From positions 192,001 through 256,000 of the IMG/VR virus record IMGVR_UViG_3300002835_000001: 64,000 bases of DNA. One strand, 5' to 3'. Positions 59,827 to 64,000 of this stretch are shown here, one piece after another. Positions within the stretch are counted from its first letter, which is position 1. Each line of letters starts with the position of its first letter. The notes beneath the pieces are model-generated. The model was not told where the DNA came from. It did not search any database and worked only from the letters and a program-made list of their open reading frames with translations. The DNA is from a virus (lineage: Duplodnaviria > Caudoviricetes). A program made the position numbers and the translations under genes.

Positions 59827-60456
59827 TTATCCTTCCATGTGCATTTCTGCATTTTCATCTTTTATTTTACCACACTTTAAACATTCCTCAATCCCATCTC
59901 CGTCTAAGTCACCCCAAACGTGATCACATTGTCTATGTGCAAAATACATATCAATTTTGCCATCCCCGTCGAAATCTATACCATCCATTATACCATCACC
60001 ATCTTCATCAACTTCAATACCTGTTCTTGGTTGAACGGTTGGTACTTGTTCAAACGTATCATTTACCTTTTCGGTTTTTGAATTCTCAATAGCTGTTTGA
60101 AACGATTCTGGAATTAGTGGAGTATTGTTTGGTGGAGTTACAGGTAAATCGGCGGTATTGCTTAACGCCGTACCATCTTCCTCATCCATTTTCTGAACTA
60201 ACATCTTATCCTTATCCGTATCACTAAACCAATAGTCAATAATTTTACCATAAGAACCAATAAAGGCTCCCAATAATAATAGAAGAAGTTCTTTCCATTC
60301 TCCTTCTATTGCCGATTTATTTAATATAGCGAAGAACATTCCTCCTATAATAAACATAAATCCACCCAATACTAATGCGGTGATGTACCATCTTCTGGCC
60401 ATCATATTACTTAATAAATCTTTAAATCCACTTGGTGTTTCTTTATTTTCCGCCAT
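59827..60456 (-). CDS. Two-TM membrane protein with DxDGDG Ca-binding-like repeats and Cys/His tail
   Basis: DEDGDG, DFDGDG, DLDGDG; H-CDH...C-KC. Confidence 0.7.
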   Translation of the reverse strand: MAENKETPSGFKDLLSNMMARRWYITALVLGGFMFIIGGMFFAILNKSAIEGEWKELLLLLLGAFIGSYGKIIDYWFSDTDKDKMLVQKMDEEDGTALSNTADLPVTPPNNTPLIPESFQTAIENSKTEKVNDTFEQVPTVQPRTGIEVDEDGDGIMDGIDFDGDGKIDMYFAHRQCDHVWGDLDGDGIEECLKCGKIKDENAEMHMEG

Positions 60457-60476
60457 ATTACTTATTTTTTTTTAAT

Positions 60477-60635
60477 TTATGGTCTATTCCAAGACCATCC
60501 TTTTTTTCTACCTCTTATTACTAAATAACTACAACCCCCAATAAAAAATGTTAAAAACATCAATGGAGAATTAAATACAAACATAGCTATCATGCATAAT
60601 ACAATTACTGCTATAAAACTTAATCCTTGTTCCAT
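60477..60635 (-). CDS. Small two-TM protein, 52 aa (not in ORF track)
   Basis: MEQGLSFIAVIVLCMIAMFVFNSPLMFLTFFIGGCSYLVIRGRKKGWSWNRP fills the gap exactly. Confidence 0.65.
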   Translation of the reverse strand: MEQGLSFIAVIVLCMIAMFVFNSPLMFLTFFIGGCSYLVIRGRKKGWSWNRP

Positions 60636-60644
60636 TTTAATTTT

Positions 60645-60956
60645 TTACCACTTAGGAGCCTCTTCCTTAAACTCATCACCTTCTTTTTTCTTAACCGGTT
60701 TTGCGGGTTCTTTAACGGTTTCTTTTTCTTTAATAATAACCGTCTTACCACCACCCGCTGATTGTTGTTGAGTTTGTGAATTTGTAATGTTTATTACTGG
60801 TGCCGCTTGTACTGGTGCTGGTTCTGATTTGTCACCACCACCTAAAAGTGAGGCTGCCCATACACCACCTGCGGTTACTATGGTACCCACAGCACCGATA
60901 AGTGTTTTCTTTAAACCACTCATTGTTCCTTCTTGTTCTTGTGTTTCTTCTGACAT
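60645..60956 (-). CDS. Single-TM protein with low-complexity tail
   Basis: KKTLIGAVGTIVTAGGVWAASLLGG. Confidence 0.65.
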   Translation of the reverse strand: MSEETQEQEGTMSGLKKTLIGAVGTIVTAGGVWAASLLGGGDKSEPAPVQAAPVINITNSQTQQQSAGGGKTVIIKEKETVKEPAKPVKKKEGDEFKEEAPKW

Positions 60957-60986
60957 TGTATTTGTTTTTAGTTTATTTTATTAATA

Positions 60987-61706
60987 TTATGCACCAAACG
61001 CTTTAGTAAATCCTTCAGGACAAGTTTTTGTACATATCAAATCTGCAATAACTGGTGCAAATGCTGCTCCAATTGCAATACCAACTCCAGCTGGTGTTGC
61101 CCATAACTCTGCGGAATCTAAACTTTTACCTAAACAATTTGAAATTATATTTTTTAATAGTGTGTGGTCAATACTATCACTAACGTATGGTATTGCTAAA
61201 AATCCTTCTGTTATAATTTCTGTCATTGCCATTACTACCACCACTTTAGCCGCTTTATCTGCAACATAAAGAACAGGTGTTGCCATAAGTGATAGAGTGG
61301 TTGATGTCGCTGCGCCCGCTGGTTGTTCTGGTGCAAATGCCGCAACACAACCCAAACCAATTGCTGCGGTTACTCCTATATTACAAGCATTTTTATCAGC
61401 CCATTGATATGCATCAATTACCCCTTCTTTTACTTCTTCGTAACCTTCTTTAATTACAGACTCTATTTCATTTCCAATATTAATGAGTACTGGTACTACT
61501 TCTTCTTCCCACTCTCTACCAGTTACATCTTCAATTCTATGATTTGTTTCAGGATGGTCGTGTATGTACCTTATTGCTCTATCGGTAAGTCCCCATGATT
61601 CACATGTTGAACAAGGGCCGTCACCACCAAATCCATACCATCTTACATTGTTATCTCCGCAATCTGAGCGATGATAAACTATTCCGTCTCCGTTTCTGTC
61701 TGCCAT
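60987..61706 (-). CDS. Cys-rich protein with A/G-rich hydrophobic helices, no signal peptide
   Basis: ACNIGVTAAIGLGCVAAF, PAGVGIAIGAAFAPVIADLIC. Confidence 0.65.
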   Translation of the reverse strand: MADRNGDGIVYHRSDCGDNNVRWYGFGGDGPCSTCESWGLTDRAIRYIHDHPETNHRIEDVTGREWEEEVVPVLINIGNEIESVIKEGYEEVKEGVIDAYQWADKNACNIGVTAAIGLGCVAAFAPEQPAGAATSTTLSLMATPVLYVADKAAKVVVVMAMTEIITEGFLAIPYVSDSIDHTLLKNIISNCLGKSLDSAELWATPAGVGIAIGAAFAPVIADLICTKTCPEGFTKAFGA

Positions 61707-61726
61707 AATTTTTATTTTTTAATTTT

Positions 61727-62107
61727 TTAGTTTATTTTATTGAAATCTGTTATTCCTAATTGTTTATTATTAGAATCGAATAACCCTATTCTGTATGCTG
61801 ATGATGGTAATGCGTTAGTGTATACCTTTAAAAGGTTATCACCCGCAATTACGTTCATTGTTTCTTTAGATACCACCCTATTGGAAATGTCAAATATTTT
61901 AATCGTTACCGGACCTGCGGTTTCAATTTTAACGTTCATCGCCACTTCTGAAGTGACAAATGATGATTGTAATTTAATACCAATAGAACTTGTCATTTTC
62001 AGGTCTTCTGATATTGATTGAGGTGTAGGTAAGATATCGTCCTTATAACATCCTGTTAAAATTGTGGATACCAATACTAATAAGAGAATCTTTTTCATTT
62101 TTGTCAT
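61727..62107 (-). CDS. Lipoprotein consisting of a T9SS type-A CTD-like domain
   Basis: LTG-C lipobox, C-Y-K-D-D, VTIKIFDISNRVV...G-N...LPSSAYRI. Confidence 0.65.
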   Translation of the reverse strand: MTKMKKILLLVLVSTILTGCYKDDILPTPQSISEDLKMTSSIGIKLQSSFVTSEVAMNVKIETAGPVTIKIFDISNRVVSKETMNVIAGDNLLKVYTNALPSSAYRIGLFDSNNKQLGITDFNKIN

Positions 62108-62110
62108 TTT

Positions 62111-62452
62111 TTAATTTACTATTATTGTTGTCTTTTTTAATTCTTTTTTATCCACATCCTCAAGTACTAAATATAAATATCCCTTGGGTAATGAATTGGT
62201 ATAAATCTTTTTTTCATTTTTACCTATTTGACCAATAAACTTTTCTCGACTTATTACTTGTCCACTATTTTTATCGATTAAAATTAAATAATGAACAGTA
62301 TTAGAGGTTAAATCAAAAAAAATTGATTGACCATTTGTTACACTACTTTCACCCACATTGAATATTTTTTCAACAGGAGGAGTTGGGGTTGGGATATCCA
62401 TCTTAGTACAACCCCATAGTAAAATCACAAATATGAATAGTATTTTTTTCAT
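62111..62452 (-). CDS. Lipoprotein, paralogue of the downstream gene, T9SS CTD-like
   Basis: LWG-C lipobox; IYTNSLPKGYLYLVL vs VYTNALPSSAYRI. Confidence 0.62.
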   Translation of the reverse strand: MKKILFIFVILLWGCTKMDIPTPTPPVEKIFNVGESSVTNGQSIFFDLTSNTVHYLILIDKNSGQVISREKFIGQIGKNEKKIYTNSLPKGYLYLVLEDVDKKELKKTTIIVN

Positions 62453-62455
62453 ATG

Positions 62456-63349
62456 TTAAAATTGAAAGTTTGTTCCTATCATAAACATTATTGGATTACT
62501 CTTTTTATACCCAACCGATTCGCTCAATTTGTCAAAAGTTGTGTTATATCTAATATTAGTATTCAAAATGAACCTTTTAGTTATTTTCCAATCAAACGAT
62601 GTTCCATAATATAAATCTAAATTAAAATCATCAAAATATGATAAATCCGATGTCGTACCATCTTTAAATACTTTATAGACATCACTCATTGCAAATATTT
62701 GCGGTGATATGTTTACCCTTTTTGTTTTCAATGTATATGTGTACATTACCATACCTCTATAACTTATTTCACTTGATGCCGGCACCATTGGATATATTAA
62801 ATCTTTAAAATCACCATTTTCATCTACCGTATATTTTCCTTCCCATTGACCTTCATATGTTCCCCAAAAAGATTTTGATGCAATTAAACTATATCCAAAT
62901 GTTCCAAACTTTTTAGTTCTGAATACATCTATGAATGATAGTGTAATATCTTTTTGGAAATCAAAATCGGTTGAATAAAATGATTGTAATGTAGTAGTTC
63001 TCTTATCTGTATTTCTAGTGAAACCATATCCTACTCCATAATATTTCCATATAGGGTTTATTGACGCTGCGAATGTGTGTCCCCATTGACCATTCATAGA
63101 TGATTTATTGTAACCCAAATTAAGAGTAGTTGATACTTGTCTACCAATTATACCAACTGAAAGATTTGATGATGATAGAACATCTTTTGAAAAATTAACA
63201 TAGGATTGTAATATACCCACATCGTTCCAATCATCACTTTCCCCAAATAATTCCTTTGGTGATAGTTGTAATGTATCGGGTTTTTGTATTTGTGCGTTTG
63301 TCACAAATGTTGTCGAAATTAGTGACAGAATTATTATTAGTTTTTTCAT
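62456..63349 (-). CDS. Outer-membrane beta-barrel protein
   Basis: Signal peptide ending TNA-Q; amphipathic strands; SFDWKITKRF; terminal IGTNFQF. Confidence 0.72.
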   Translation of the reverse strand: MKKLIIILSLISTTFVTNAQIQKPDTLQLSPKELFGESDDWNDVGILQSYVNFSKDVLSSSNLSVGIIGRQVSTTLNLGYNKSSMNGQWGHTFAASINPIWKYYGVGYGFTRNTDKRTTTLQSFYSTDFDFQKDITLSFIDVFRTKKFGTFGYSLIASKSFWGTYEGQWEGKYTVDENGDFKDLIYPMVPASSEISYRGMVMYTYTLKTKRVNISPQIFAMSDVYKVFKDGTTSDLSYFDDFNLDLYYGTSFDWKITKRFILNTNIRYNTTFDKLSESVGYKKSNPIMFMIGTNFQF

Positions 63350-64000
63350 TAGTTCATTTTTACTTTTAATTGTATTCCATTCTTATTGACGGCATCGGTT
63401 GTTGATATTGAAGTTAAACCCAAAGTACCACTCAATCCTATTAATGGTAAAAATGTTATTTTATATTCTGTTGTTTTATCCAATAATGTTGAACCATCAG
63501 TAATCAATGAACCTAATGTTATTGATGAACCTCTATTAGTTCCAAAATTGGTAGGAGTTCCATTTGTGGTGAATTCTACCTTTTCAAACTTTAATGCTGT
63601 ATTATCGTAGTTTAAATTGAATTGAGTACCAACCAACTCTTGTTGTAAAGGGTCTACCGAAATCGTTACTACTAATTTACCACCAATGTTTTCACCCATT
63701 AGATATGCGTTGATTTGATTGGAAACTGAATTAGTACCCAAACTCATAGTTCTAATAGAATTACTAGCAACACCACTTGTACTTTGTTGTGCTGAATGAG
63801 ATAGGTTTACATCACCAAGCCAAGTAACATTAACATTGTATGTGTTATTAAGTGTACCCGTATTTAAACTAAACGGATATAAACTTCTTGTTGAATTAAA
63901 TTTGGTATTCCAATTAGATTTAGTAATCCCATCATAATCTGATTTACTATAAAGTTTCATCAGAAAAGTTAATAGTGGATTTTGTGTAAGTGGTTGAACT
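63349..64000 (-). CDS. C-terminal part of a large exported-type protein with a cohesin-like domain; open to right window edge
   Basis: Frame stays open upstream of the track ATG (VQPLTQNPLLTFL); VGTQFNLNYDNTALKF...ITF cohesin-like pattern; WLGDVN. Confidence 0.6.
   Translation of the reverse strand, partial: VQPLTQNPLLTFLMKLYSKSDYDGITKSNWNTKFNSTRSLYPFSLNTGTLNNTYNVNVTWLGDVNLSHSAQQSTSGVASNSIRTMSLGTNSVSNQINAYLMGENIGGKLVVTISVDPLQQELVGTQFNLNYDNTALKFEKVEFTTNGTPTNFGTNRGSSITLGSLITDGSTLLDKTTEYKITFLPLIGLSGTLGLTSISTTDAVNKNGIQLKVKMN

Noticed and set aside
59547-60635. Holin/spanin lysis cassette
   Set aside because: The small TM proteins could be holins, but no endolysin or spanin pair is adjacent in the window
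1-64000. Stop-codon reassignment as seen in some huge phages
   Set aside because: Hallmark genes are full length in code 11 and coding density is high
1-64000. tRNA/rRNA genes
   Set aside because: No intergenic cloverleaf with a T-loop GTTCRA seen by eye; tRNAscan would be decisive

Overview
AT-rich fragment of a large T4-like tailed (myovirus, jumbo-type) phage read in standard code 11. The host is most likely Bacteroidota, based on TAnnTTTG/TTTG promoters, a bS21 gene, SD-less AT-rich leaders, T9SS-CTD-like domains and a KDD lipoprotein export signal. From left to right: tail module (baseplate-type ORF running off the left edge, tape measure, tail chaperone with a probable +1 frameshift, tube, sheath, terminator, neck); SNF2 helicase and family-B DNA polymerase; probable head/virion proteins; a glycosyltransferase/dUTPase/PhoH/gp55-like sigma block; baseplate spike; capsid module (MCP, scaffold, protease, bS21, portal, terminase); KTSC-nucleotidyltransferase; Hsp20/ClpC; an RNA-repair trio; and a 7.6-kb minus-strand cassette of envelope proteins (three OM beta-barrel/CsgG-type genes plus a further barrel, two lipoproteins with T9SS-CTD-like folds, small membrane proteins, a cohesin-like protein) running off the right edge. 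A TATTTAT(A/T) motif precedes about 20 genes, often exactly 3 nt before the ATG. No tRNA, CRISPR array, intein or stop-codon recoding was seen. All family calls come from motif recognition by eye; no database searches were run.
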